Source: Yuukianura sp. NJ FZ-2021
Lineage: Eukaryota
NCBI GenBank assembly: GCA_046563655.1
Contig: CM102285.1
Coordinates: 14,694,001-14,758,000 of the forward strand
Direction: 5' to 3'
Length of the DNA stretch: 64,000 nucleotides
Positions 52,160 through 62,938 of the stretch are shown one piece after another; the stretch's first letter is position 1; each line of letters opens with the position of its first letter. Below the pieces are notes generated by a model that was not told the origin of the DNA, searched no databases, and saw only the letters and a list, made by a program, of their open reading frames with translations. A program made the position numbers and the translations under genes.

Positions 52160-53121
52160 TGTTATCGTTAGCTGTTAATTGCGACCTCTCTAGGTCTGAT
52201 TAATTGGATAGAAATTAGTTTCAACAATTAGCGAATTTCAATTTACAAACACAAAAACAAATATTTTCTTCTAAAATTGCAAATTACAGCTGACACTCGG
52301 TAAGACTAAAAGTCACCAGCACGACCCCTAAGACAGGGAATTTTGTGCATAGCTGGGCACATAGATGATTTCAAAGTACATTTCAATTTTTCGTATAAAA
52401 GTATTTCACACTGATTAGCATTATATTTACAATTCAATATTATTTAACTTAATTAAATATGGTAAAAGTTAAGCAAATTGTGTTTTGTGGAATAAAGTTT
52501 GAACAATAGATTGAACTTCGTTATTGTTCTGAAAATGAAGCAGCAGTTCTCAGCCTTGAATCATGGTTTGTTTTTAAAACAAAAGGCGGGAATCCCAGAT
52601 GAATTTAAATTTGGCGAAATAAACAAGCTGAGCTGAGCTGCTGAGCAGAGCTGAGCTGGATTTAAAAATATTTTTTTTGGCACTTTGCTCCTCAGTCACG
52701 TCATGTCACATTTGTTGTGATTTCTTCATTTTTTCAGACGCACATTTCTTCACGTAGTTAATTTTAATTAGTTAGTTGGTTTAGTCACTTCCGATCAACT
52801 GTCATTTATACTTGATTTAATCCTTTCCTTGGCAGAGGGACGTCTGAGGGAAAAGAAGAGTCAAAAGATCAAATTGTTTCAAAATTTCAAGGTCAAGGTC
52901 AACTAATTTGGGGGAGTGGGAGTAGGATTTTGCATAAATTCTTGTGTGGGCCGGGAAAAGGGCGAACGACGTCCGATCCGATGATAATAAACCACAGAAC
53001 AGTTTGGAACGATTAGCACACGTAAGTTCCTAAGCTCTAATACGAATATACACATTGAATTATCGCTAATTTTTGTATGATTGTTTTTAGAAAACGAACG
53101 CAGATCAGCACATCATCCGGA

Positions 53122-55286
53122 ATGTCTTGGGTTGAGGGTAAAGGGGATGAAATGAATCACAACGAGGCAAGGCCAGAAGAGAAGTCTCGCAGTAGAACCG
53201 TATCGGAGACGTCGTCAGTGAGCTACTCTTCTGAAGATGATGGAGACAGAGACTCTTGCGACAGTGATTTTTCTCCATACGATTGGCAGAGAGAGAAGCA
53301 ACGCAAAATTCAGTTTTTCGACGATGGCACCATGTCGTATTTCTGGTAAAACTACTCAAAAACTCAACATTTCGAATATAAAACGTTTTGAAATGAATGA
53401 AATTTGTAGGAGAGCTCACACGCTGACAGTCCTGGTGCTAATGATTGGAGTGTTAATTTACGTTGCATTGGTAGAAGATACACAAGAAGACTCCGACTAC
53501 AACACCAAACGCGGCATGATCGCCTGTCTCTGTTTCTTCATTTTACTCGGAGTGACTGTCATTCCAGACGGCCCTTTTCTCCGTCCACATCCAGCTTTCT
53601 GGAGACTCATGTTTTGTCTCTCCATCGTCTACCAACTCTCTCTCATCTTCATGCTCTTTCAAGTAAAACGAAAACTGAAATTGGAAATTTTGAAAACTGA
53701 AATTTTGAAATTTTTGGACTTTTCAACATTTTCTGATTCCAGAGTGCCAACGATGCTCGTCTTTTACTGCGCCACGTCGATCCGAAACTGGGTCGTCGTC
53801 TGGAGGAAATCAGCTACGGAGATGACTGTTTGATCTACGATCCGTCTGTTCCGGAGGATCCATTTCACAATGTGTGGGGCAAACTGGACATGTTTGTGCC
53901 GACCCACTTCTTTGGATGGTGGCTCAAGACGATTGTGCTCAGAGACTGGTGGCTCTGTACTGTGATCTCTATTATGTTCGAAATCCTCGAGTATACACTC
54001 GAACATCAGTTACCAAACTTCAGTGAGTGTTGGTGGGACCACGTAAGTTTTTCATCTCGTGACCTTTGGCCTCGTTCAATTTATGACTTTTGATTATGAT
54101 TACCACGTGATTTGACAGTGGATAATGGATGCGTTGTTGTGCAATGGGCTTGGAATTTACGTTGGGATTAAGACGCTGAAATACTTTCAAGTGAGGACGT
54201 ACTACTGGCGAGGGCTATGGACAATACCAGGCTACAGGTGAGTAATTCAAGTAATTTATTGGCTAATTCAATTAATTTATATTAATTAAGTAAGTAATTC
54301 AATTAATTCGTACTAATTAAGTAAATAATTCAATTAATTCGTACTAATTAAGTAAGTAATTCAACTAATTGATGGTAGGGCTAAGCTGAAGAGAATTTTT
54401 GCACAATTCGGTCCGTACTCTTGGATAGAATTTGACTGGAAGCCGACTTCTAGTCTTATCCGATGGGTAGCTGTTCTTGGAATTATATTTGTGGTGAGTT
54501 TTTTTTTGTTGGGAAATTGAACATTTTTTCATGAAATTTTATTTTTTCATGAAAGTGTTTTTTTAAATTTTCAGTTCCTGATGGCTGAACTGAACACTTT
54601 TTACCTAAAGTTTGTCCTCTGGGTTCCGCACAATCACTGGATCAATTTAGTTCGTCTCTTTGCCATTCTGTTCTGGGGTGCGGTTAGCCTGCGTGAAACT
54701 TTTCAGTATTTAGACGATCCGTAAGCTCCGCCTTTTTCAAATTCAAAATTTTGAAAGTTTCAAATTGAAACTGTCACAATTTTCCTATTTTTTTCAGGGA
54801 TTGTACAACATTCGGTCGACAATCATGGATAGTTTTATCAATCATAACCACAGAATTTCTAATTGTTGCCAAATTTGATATGGAGACAATCATGAAACCT
54901 TTACCACAGTAAGTTCAGGGACCATAAATCATTTCAGAAATCTTCAATTTTAAAAAAGTTTTGCTCAAAAATCTCTGTTTTGTTCCAGGCACATTTCGTA
55001 CTTTTGGTTGCTAGGACTCGCTGCTCTAATTTTCTGGACAATCTGGAACTTCCGTCTCTACCGAATCTCATTTCGGTCTAAACGGGTTGCCCGGATATCC
55101 AAATCCGAAAACGACGCACTGCATCACCACCATCACAAAACAGGTCAAGGTCACCAAGGTCATGTCCAGGCGAGTCCCAGAAGTCAAAGTCTGGATCCAA
55201 TGAAAGTCCGTCTGAGACGCAAAGACTACCAGAGTTGCTCTTGTTCTTCTGATGGTGGAGATTCCATTCTCAAAAAAAGTCAGTAA
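53122..55286 (+). CDS. PTDSS2: Phosphatidylserine synthase, PTDSS2-type
   Basis: [80 protein letters not shown] and [13 protein letters not shown]. Confidence 0.9.
54240..54370. repeat. Intronic tandem repeat of about 31 bp (aattcaattaattcgtactaattaagtaagt)
   Basis: Three to four visible copies filling the intron. Confidence 0.75.
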
Positions 55287-55721
55287 GTCAATGTTTTGTG
55301 CTAAAAAGGACGTTTTTGCCAAGTAACAAACACTTTTGGAAAGTCAAAACCTGAAACGGAAGTTCAATCGCATCTAATTAATAATCAATCAATTGCAATG
55401 AAAAAGCAGCCTTTCTGTTAAATAGTCGTAGTCTACCATGTTAGTAGTGGAGCTCAACTTTGCAAGTTGGAGAACAAACAAGCCAAAACTGATGATAATA
55501 ACTTTGTTACATTAAAAATTGTTAATTACATTATAATAATGTATTTATTTAATTAATTAACAACTAACCAAAACTGGTTTAAACGCAAAGTCATTAAATC
55601 TGAAAATTTAGCTCTTGTTAAAGGTTATTTTAAAAGCCCTGCTTTGGATTATTGCGCGTAGTAAGTAAAAAGTTAATTTCTCTGCGACTCTTGATTAATT
55701 AACTAACTAATTAACTTTTGT

Positions 55722-58208
55722 TTAGACAGTCTTTGTCTTGTAGAGTCTCACAAAGAAAGTGATGAGTTCTTGGTCATACTTGAAAATCACAAAGAGATTC
55801 ATTCCCAGAATCACCGCACCAATCACAACAGGAACAAATCGTCCGCCAATCACAGTCTGCAATCAAAAAAGTTCAAAATCTGGAAACTTTAACTTTTTGA
55901 TTATTTTTTTAAAATGTTCAAACTTACCATAACTAGAAGGATCCAAAGAAAGGAAAGTAAGTACGAAACTGTGACGGCTATTTTTGGAAACCAGTTTCCA
56001 AATGGATCGACATTTGCATCCTGAAAAACATTTCTGATTGTTTGGACACTCTGGGCCACGCGGAGTCCCATGTTGATGGAATTGGCAATGTAGAAACCCA
56101 AACTTCCGAAGATTCTTGTTGCCACAAAGGAGGAGATGATGAACATTCCAGAGAAAAGGAGAAGTCGACGGTTGAAACTGTAAGATTCAAAATTAGAAAA
56201 TGAAAATTATGAAAATTTTAGTCAAAATTATGAAAATTTTAGTCAAAATTATGTAAATTTTAGTCAAAATTATGAAAATTTTATATTTTTGTGACCTGGC
56301 CATCTCTTCCTGTGTCATGGCTGCCTGGGTAAATGCTTCCGTGACTCCGTTGATGGCCATGATGAAAATGTAGAGACAGTTGCCTTGGAGCAGCATTGTT
56401 CCCGGTCCAGTGTCACTCAGCCCTTTGCCACCGTAGAGAAAAAGTAGAGTGGAACTGTAGGGCAGTCCGAACACAACAATCGTCAGACCAATCAGAAACA
56501 TCAGACGAACCACGTTTCCAAGAACATACGACGCACGTTCAGCCATAGCCTAAAACAAAAGTAAATCAAACAATTAATCAACTAATTAATCACAAAGTTA
56601 ACTTAATTACTTGACATTTGATTTGTTACCTTTTCACGGCGTTTGAACGAGCACCGTCGTTGCAGCGTCTGAGCAAAGTAGGTGTAAGCGTTTTCTTCGA
56701 TGGGCTGGAACACAAATCTGGCTGCCAGCGATCCAAGATTGGACACAAGATCGTAGACTCCTTGTTCCTCAAAAGTCAAAATGTCAAAGAATGTCATCAA
56801 GTATCGCTCCCCTTCAGTCAAAAGTTGTTTCAAAACGCTTTGTTTGTAGAAACTCAGAGTGAAACTGGTCATTTCAGGTGAAACTTCCTACAAAAAAAAA
56901 CATTTTTCACAAGTGTGTAAGTTTTTTTTCAAAAAGTTTGTGATTTCTAAAAATTGTTGCACTTTTTACCAGTTTGCCAGAAGGGAGTAAGTCTTTGACG
57001 GAACGGAAAGGCATTCCACAATCTTTCTTCAAAGTAAAATGAAAGAATGCATAGTAAGTGACGCAAACTAACGCAGCACCACAGACAGAACCAACTGCGT
57101 AGCCCAGCACAGAAAACTGAGGAAAGAAAAGTACTGCTGCACAGAGGAAACAGGAACGCACCACAATCAGCAACGTTTCGCCGACGATCTGAAAAATTTT
57201 TAAAACAGAAGTTTTTTCAAGGTTTTTGACTCGAAAGTTGGATTTGTACGCTATCTGCCAGACCGTAACAAGTGAAATGGTCAAAAACAGTTTTATCAAA
57301 AATTGAAATGGTCAAAAACAATTTGATCAAAAAGTGAAAAAGTCAAAAGGAAAAAATATCGTTACAAATAGTGAGACAGGTTTGGTTAGACGAGGCCTTG
57401 CTTATGTTTGATCTTTTCACCTTAAAACTTTTTCAGTTTTCGACTAATTTTTTTTCGACCATATTACGTGTTGAACCTACCCGAAGTCTGTAGTACAGAA
57501 AATACTTGGCAATGATGTATGGTACTTCGGTAATTGAGTCCAGAATGGTGGCCAAGCATATGAGACCGACTGACAGTCGATACTGCGATGCCAGTTGATC
57601 GTCTCCAGGTTGTGACAACACATAGCACCAAACCGGTCCAAGTAAAACCGACCACAACACCGTATTCGGTACTCTGGAATCAAAAATGTGTCAAAATTTT
57701 TGAAAAATTCAGAAATGAATCAAAATTTTTGAAAATTTCAAACTCACGCAAACCAGATGAGATTAATAGTAGCTGCCCATGATTCTTTTGAAGTGTGGTT
57801 GACACGATGTGATGCTCTTCTGAAGGGCTCTCGACTCAAGAACATAATCGACGAGTACAGGAGGAACAAGCGGACATTGCAAATTCCAAGCACATCGTGA
57901 CTCACGTATCGCAAAATAAATGCATTTAGACCAAAAGTAAACACCCGAATGAACACCTTCAAAGTAATTAAAATGATCAATTATTAAGATTAATCAAGAT
58001 TAGCAATTAGTTTAAGTTAATTAACTCACTTGGAAGACAATATTGAAAGAGGCACTGCGGACACTTCCCGAGAGGAGATCCGCTTCTTGTGTCGGAGGTT
58101 GCAAAACTACTGGACGTTTTCTGGGCGTGTCAGTGATCATGTCATCTTCATCTGACGAATCAAGCAAATCGGCGTCCAGCACATCAGGAGTTACTGAACG
58201 CCGTCCAT
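55722..58208 (-). CDS. RFT1: RFT1 (Man5GlcNAc2-PP-dolichol translocation protein); the first exon is open from its splice acceptor at 58208, and the first in-frame ATG is at 58140
   Basis: [84 protein letters not shown] and [10 protein letters not shown]. The C-terminal KTKTV* is a KxKxx ER-retrieval motif. Confidence 0.92.
56195..56285. repeat. Intronic 21-bp tandem repeat (aaaattatgaaaattttagtc), about 4 copies
   Basis: Direct tandem copies. They produce the spurious IFIILTK repeat in the ORF track. Confidence 0.85.
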
Positions 58209-58446
58209 CTAATTTACATAAAATTTTGAAACAAGATTTTGAAAAAAATTAGGTTTTTCAATTTGGTGAAATGTAAATAAGTGAAGTGTAGTAGTTTATT
58301 GCCAGATCTTAAATTAAATTAATTGCAGATACTAAACTAGAACGTAAGAGTAACGATATGGATAGCGCTGGAAGAATGCTGGATGCTGGAACAGCATTTG
58401 ATGCTTCTCAAGTATTGTTGCATGGTGGTGATACAAAGTTAAGGTT

Positions 58447-59142
58447 TCACGGAAGATGGGATTTAAAAATGCCCAAGGTGAAGTTTCCCCGTTTTTGAAC
58501 CAAACAGTATCTGCAAAACCAATGAGGCAAACAATTATCTAATTGATTTAACTTTTTAACTGTTGTTGAAAGTTAAAATGTTGAACTAACCCTTGATCAG
58601 ATTCCAATCGAACAATTGGGATTGCAGTACTGTTTGGCTCAAGTTTTGTTGCCTGATCTGCAATGTTACGAATAGCTCCCGCTTGATCGGGATGCCCAAC
58701 ACCACGAGCTTAACAAACAATACAAACAGCTACATTTAGCAATACTTTGACAAAACTAAACATCACATTCACACCCATTCCAGCATTCAGCATTGGGTTA
58801 GGTTCTGGCAGTTTCTAAGCTGAAGTTCACGCAGATTAGCAAACTGAAGTTCGAAATCATTTTTCAGTTTTAATAGTCGATTAACACTAATTGTACAAGT
58901 GTGACGACAGTAATCGATTACATTTACGAAGATTAGCTTACCAGAAAGGCACAGGCCACGTTGATCTGCACACACGATTCCAATTACTCCGGGTTTTCCC
59001 ATTCTGTGTACACAAAATTCATAAAGATCAATGATTAGTTGACTTAATTAATATTTTCAGTGCTATTTGAACGATTCATGGTCCACTAAATTCCTGATTA
59101 CACTCACATAGCATCGAACTTGTCTTCTAATTCCCTTTCCAT
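58447..59142 (-). CDS. LAMTOR5: Ragulator complex subunit LAMTOR5 (HBXIP), 92 aa, exons 59142-59108, 59003-58942, 58708-58591, 58510-58447
   Basis: Spliced translation MERELEDKFDAIMGKPGVIGIVCADQRGLCLSARGVGHPDQAGAIRNIADQATKLEPNSTAIPIVRLESDQGYCLVQKRGNFTLGIFKSHLP*. AATAAA on the minus strand at 58300-58295. Confidence 0.92.
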
Positions 59143-59701
59143 TGTTACAGCTGTTTTACCGTAAAACTTTTACGGACGAGAAACCTTGGTCGATACGACC
59201 TTCTAGTACTATTGCGAAATGTCACCAACAGACAGGAAGTAAAGTAATTGAGTTCTTTCAGGCCAAACCAACCATTTAAGGTGAAGGTACTCGATTAATT
59301 AATTGATTGATTGACGAAAACATAAAGATAAAAATCAGCAACACAATCAGCTGACAAACACCGTCGTTGGTTATTTTTATTTAAAAAAAAAGTGTTTGTT
59401 TACCCGTGTTTTATTAAAGAAAGCGCGGGAACTTGCAAAATTCAAATTTCAAAAATTCTTTGACATTGGGAATTTCAAAAATTTAAAAACTCAACACTGA
59501 AAAACTTGTTTTTATGAAAAGAAAACGATCTGCTTCCTGATCAGTCAGTGGTCAAACTTTTAGTCAGGACAGCGTTGTTTGTCGGACTGAATACTAATTA
59601 AAGACAGATTTTGAATATAATACGTAAGTTTCGACAATGAAATGGTCTGAATCATCTAACAAATATCCTTTTCTTAAAAAATTTTTCTTTAGAATTTCGA
59701 C

Positions 59702-62527
59702 ATGGCGTCCAGACGTATGAAAATGAAAGTTGCTGTGAATGTTGGCCGAAGTGGAGCTGCTGGAAGATCTAGCAGTGGTGGACCTTCCTCGGGAAGCGAC
59801 AGGCCACGTCCAAGTACCCCTGTAGGGACAAGCAACGATGGTTGCAGTAACGATTCTATGCTGGCCATTCCGTCTGACAGCACTTCTATGATAGCTCCTC
59901 GTTCACCTACTAAGCATTTTTCATCACTACACTTCCCTTCGTCACCTACTAAGAGACATGCTTACTCAATTGAATCCCCGACACCCCGAACTTTATCGGA
60001 ATCTGAAGCAGAAGAGGATTCTAGTGCTTTCCAAGAGGAAGATGAGTCTGCCTTTTGCCTCGTTGCAGTGTCGCCTCTAGATTCTGAAATTGCTAGGTAA
60101 ATACAAAATTGTAAAATTAAACTTAAGAAGGATCTCATCGTTTCATTTTAAACGTTTTTTAAACGTTTTTAGTCCGGCAGCCTCCAGATCTTCATCTCCC
60201 GTCAAACACGGACCAAGCACTACTTGCACCACGGTGGCTTTAATTGACCAGTTCAGAAGAGGACCAGGAACAGGGCCACCGATTAATCCTTCCACCAGTT
60301 CCAACATACTGAACAACATCCAGAAGGAAATTGGTCCAGTTCATGTCAGTCACGTTGCAAGTAATGACACTCTTCGTCAACGACTTCAAAAGGGAACGGG
60401 ATCTGTTAATTCAAAGTACGCAGTGCTCAGGAAAGAGTTTATGGCTACAACGAAAAACAAAACTCCAGACAAGAAGGACCTCACTATACTCCATTTCACT
60501 TTCTGGAATCCACCGTAAGCCTGATATTTTTCAAAAATTTTATCGTTTTCGTAAAGTTTTGATTCGAAAACGTTTTTTAGGGGTGACGATGAGCCGAAAA
60601 CGTCGGATGTGGATACTTTGTACGAAGGAATTGACACTTCTACTATGAGAGTTGCTAGATTCCATACTCCCGCTAGTCCTCCACCAATCGTTGTGGATCT
60701 CGAGGAAGAACCACCGAAATCTATTGGACCCCGTGTCAAAGTTGGTCCTGACGGGGAGCTGATCATCGATGAACAAAGTTTGGTAAGTTTGTCGAAATTA
60801 ATCTTTCCGAAATTAGTCTTTCCGAAACTATGATGTTGACTTTTTTTCTTGTTTCACTGCAGGTTGTGGAAACGAGTGAAAGCATCAGAGCAAAAAAGCA
60901 ACTGGAAGACATGGAGACTGTGATGGCTGCGGGGTCTGGATACTACAGACACAAAAGATTTCCAAAACGAGGTTACGACTGGACAGTTAAAGGTAATTTT
61001 TCGAAAAAATTTCAAAAATTCTGAAAACATTTCCGTTTTGACTTTTTTCAATTTGGTTTAATTTTGGTTTTTAGAAACTGTCCGATTTTTCAAGGCTCTG
61101 ACGATGTGTGGCACTGATTTTTCCATGATGTCTCATCTTTTTCCAAATCGCAGTAGAGCCGAACTCAAAGCCAAATTTAAGCGTGAAGATCGCAAAAATT
61201 CTCAACTTGTGAGCCAAGCCTTGGCTTTTCAAACTTTTGATCCAATGGAGCCCTTGACCGATTCGGAAGAATCCGATGACGAAGATGCTCCTCCCAGAAA
61301 ACGCCGATTTCAATCAAATCATGCAAGACTCCGTACTTCTAGTGAAATCAAGAAAGTAGAGGGCGTTCCAAGCTCAGACACAGCTCAACCACTCACAAGA
61401 AAGAGCGATGATGTGATCTCAGATACTGCCAGTAGTCCTCAAGATACTGCCAGTACCCCTCTTGCCATTGAATATTATCCAACTAAAGTCAAAACAGAAA
61501 AGAAATCAGCTAAACTTTTGAAGAAAAAGGGAATCAAGTTAGAAAAAGTTTCAAATCTGCCGGAATTTGTCCCTGGAAGGCCAATGGGCCTTGGGGATTG
61601 TACCAAAATTAAGAAACTGTTCAAAAAAGACAAGAAGGAGAAGTTGGCTAATAAGACGCTGGACGCTGATTCGTCAACTGAGTAAGGCTACGAGTTCGAT
61701 TCAACCTTGATTTTAAAAATTCTTAATTTTTCTGGATTCTTTATTTCAGAAATCAAGATGAAGTCTCAGACAAAAGGAAACGTAAAACGACAAAGGCTGA
61801 AAAGAAGCTAAAATCGGAAAACCCTCAGAAAAAGCCTAAAAATGAAAAGAAGAAAGCTGGAAAACGAACATCTAAAACTGAAGAAGATACGGAAGCGATT
61901 TCGAATTCTGTTGAGCAAGAGCCCATCGCTGATTCGTCGCTTGAAGTTTCTAGTCCAGTTGTGAATGAAAATACTCGAGAAGCATCTCCAGATCCGAGAT
62001 TAGCCTTGCTTCGATTCGATGCTGATGACCCCTTGGGGTTGAAAGTAGTTCAAGGTCAAGGACAGGAAGAGGTCACTGCTCCAGCTCCAGGTCAGAATCA
62101 AGACGCCACCATTTCAGAAATCGCTGAAACTTCGAGTTGCAGCGAAGATGCATTGACAATTGACTTACCAGCGACATCCAACACAATCGAACTCGAAATC
62201 GAATCTGATTCGCTGAAACAGGCCCCGCCTCCTGCTGAAGCTCCGCCTCCCAAAGAGCGAAAATCAGTCAAAGTCAAAGTAAAACCAAGGATTCCTCGAG
62301 TTCCGGGTGGTGGAGGTTAGAAATTCTAAGAATTTTGCGAAATTTTTAAAAACTTTTGTTAAATTTTTTTTTTAAGTTGTGAATAATTTATTTAACTTTT
62401 TTTTATATAATGCTTGTGCTTTCATAAATTTAAAAGATTTTTGTCATTTGTAGGCCCTTTGCCGCGTGGTGCTGGTGACAGTCAAGTGCAAGGAGTTGAT
62501 GAAATAGAAATTGAAATTTCCTGTTGA
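59702..62527 (+). CDS. BDP1: TFIIIB component B'' (BDP1), SANT-like domain
   Basis: GPRVKVGPDGELIIDEQSLVV and WTVK|ETVRFFKALTMCGTDFSMMSHLFPNRSRAELKAKFKREDRKN. The inferred last exon ends EIEISC* at 62527. Confidence 0.85.
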
Positions 62528-62938
62528 TTGATCAGAAGAAGAGTAGTTCTGGACGTGTAAGTTTTTGTGGTTTTAGATGAGAAGCGTATTGAAAGTGGCG
62601 TTTTAATAAAGTTTTAAAGTTTTGTTTTTTAAGTTTCTTCAGGCTGGAATTGGAATTTTTTAAAAAGGAGTCTTAGTTTTGAAAGGCAATGATCAAGAAA
62701 GTTAGGAGTTTTCAAGAATTTTAAAAATTTCAAAATTGACCCATTTGGCCAGAGTTTTCTCTCTTTACCGCAAATTCTCCAGAATTTTCATCTTTTGGCC
62801 AAAAAGTGTCAAGGATTTTCATATTCTTCTTGTTTTTACTGAAAATTGTGAAGGACTTTCGTGTCTCGGCCGAAAATTCTCCACAATTTTGATCTTTTGA
62901 CCCAAAATCTTCCATGATTTTGTCTCTTTGACGAACTT

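Noticed and set aside
58337..58423. 28-codon minus-strand ORF with a CCACCATG context after the LAMTOR5 stop
   Set aside because: It lies in the 3' UTR, terminates before any convincing donor, and is out of frame for stop readthrough.
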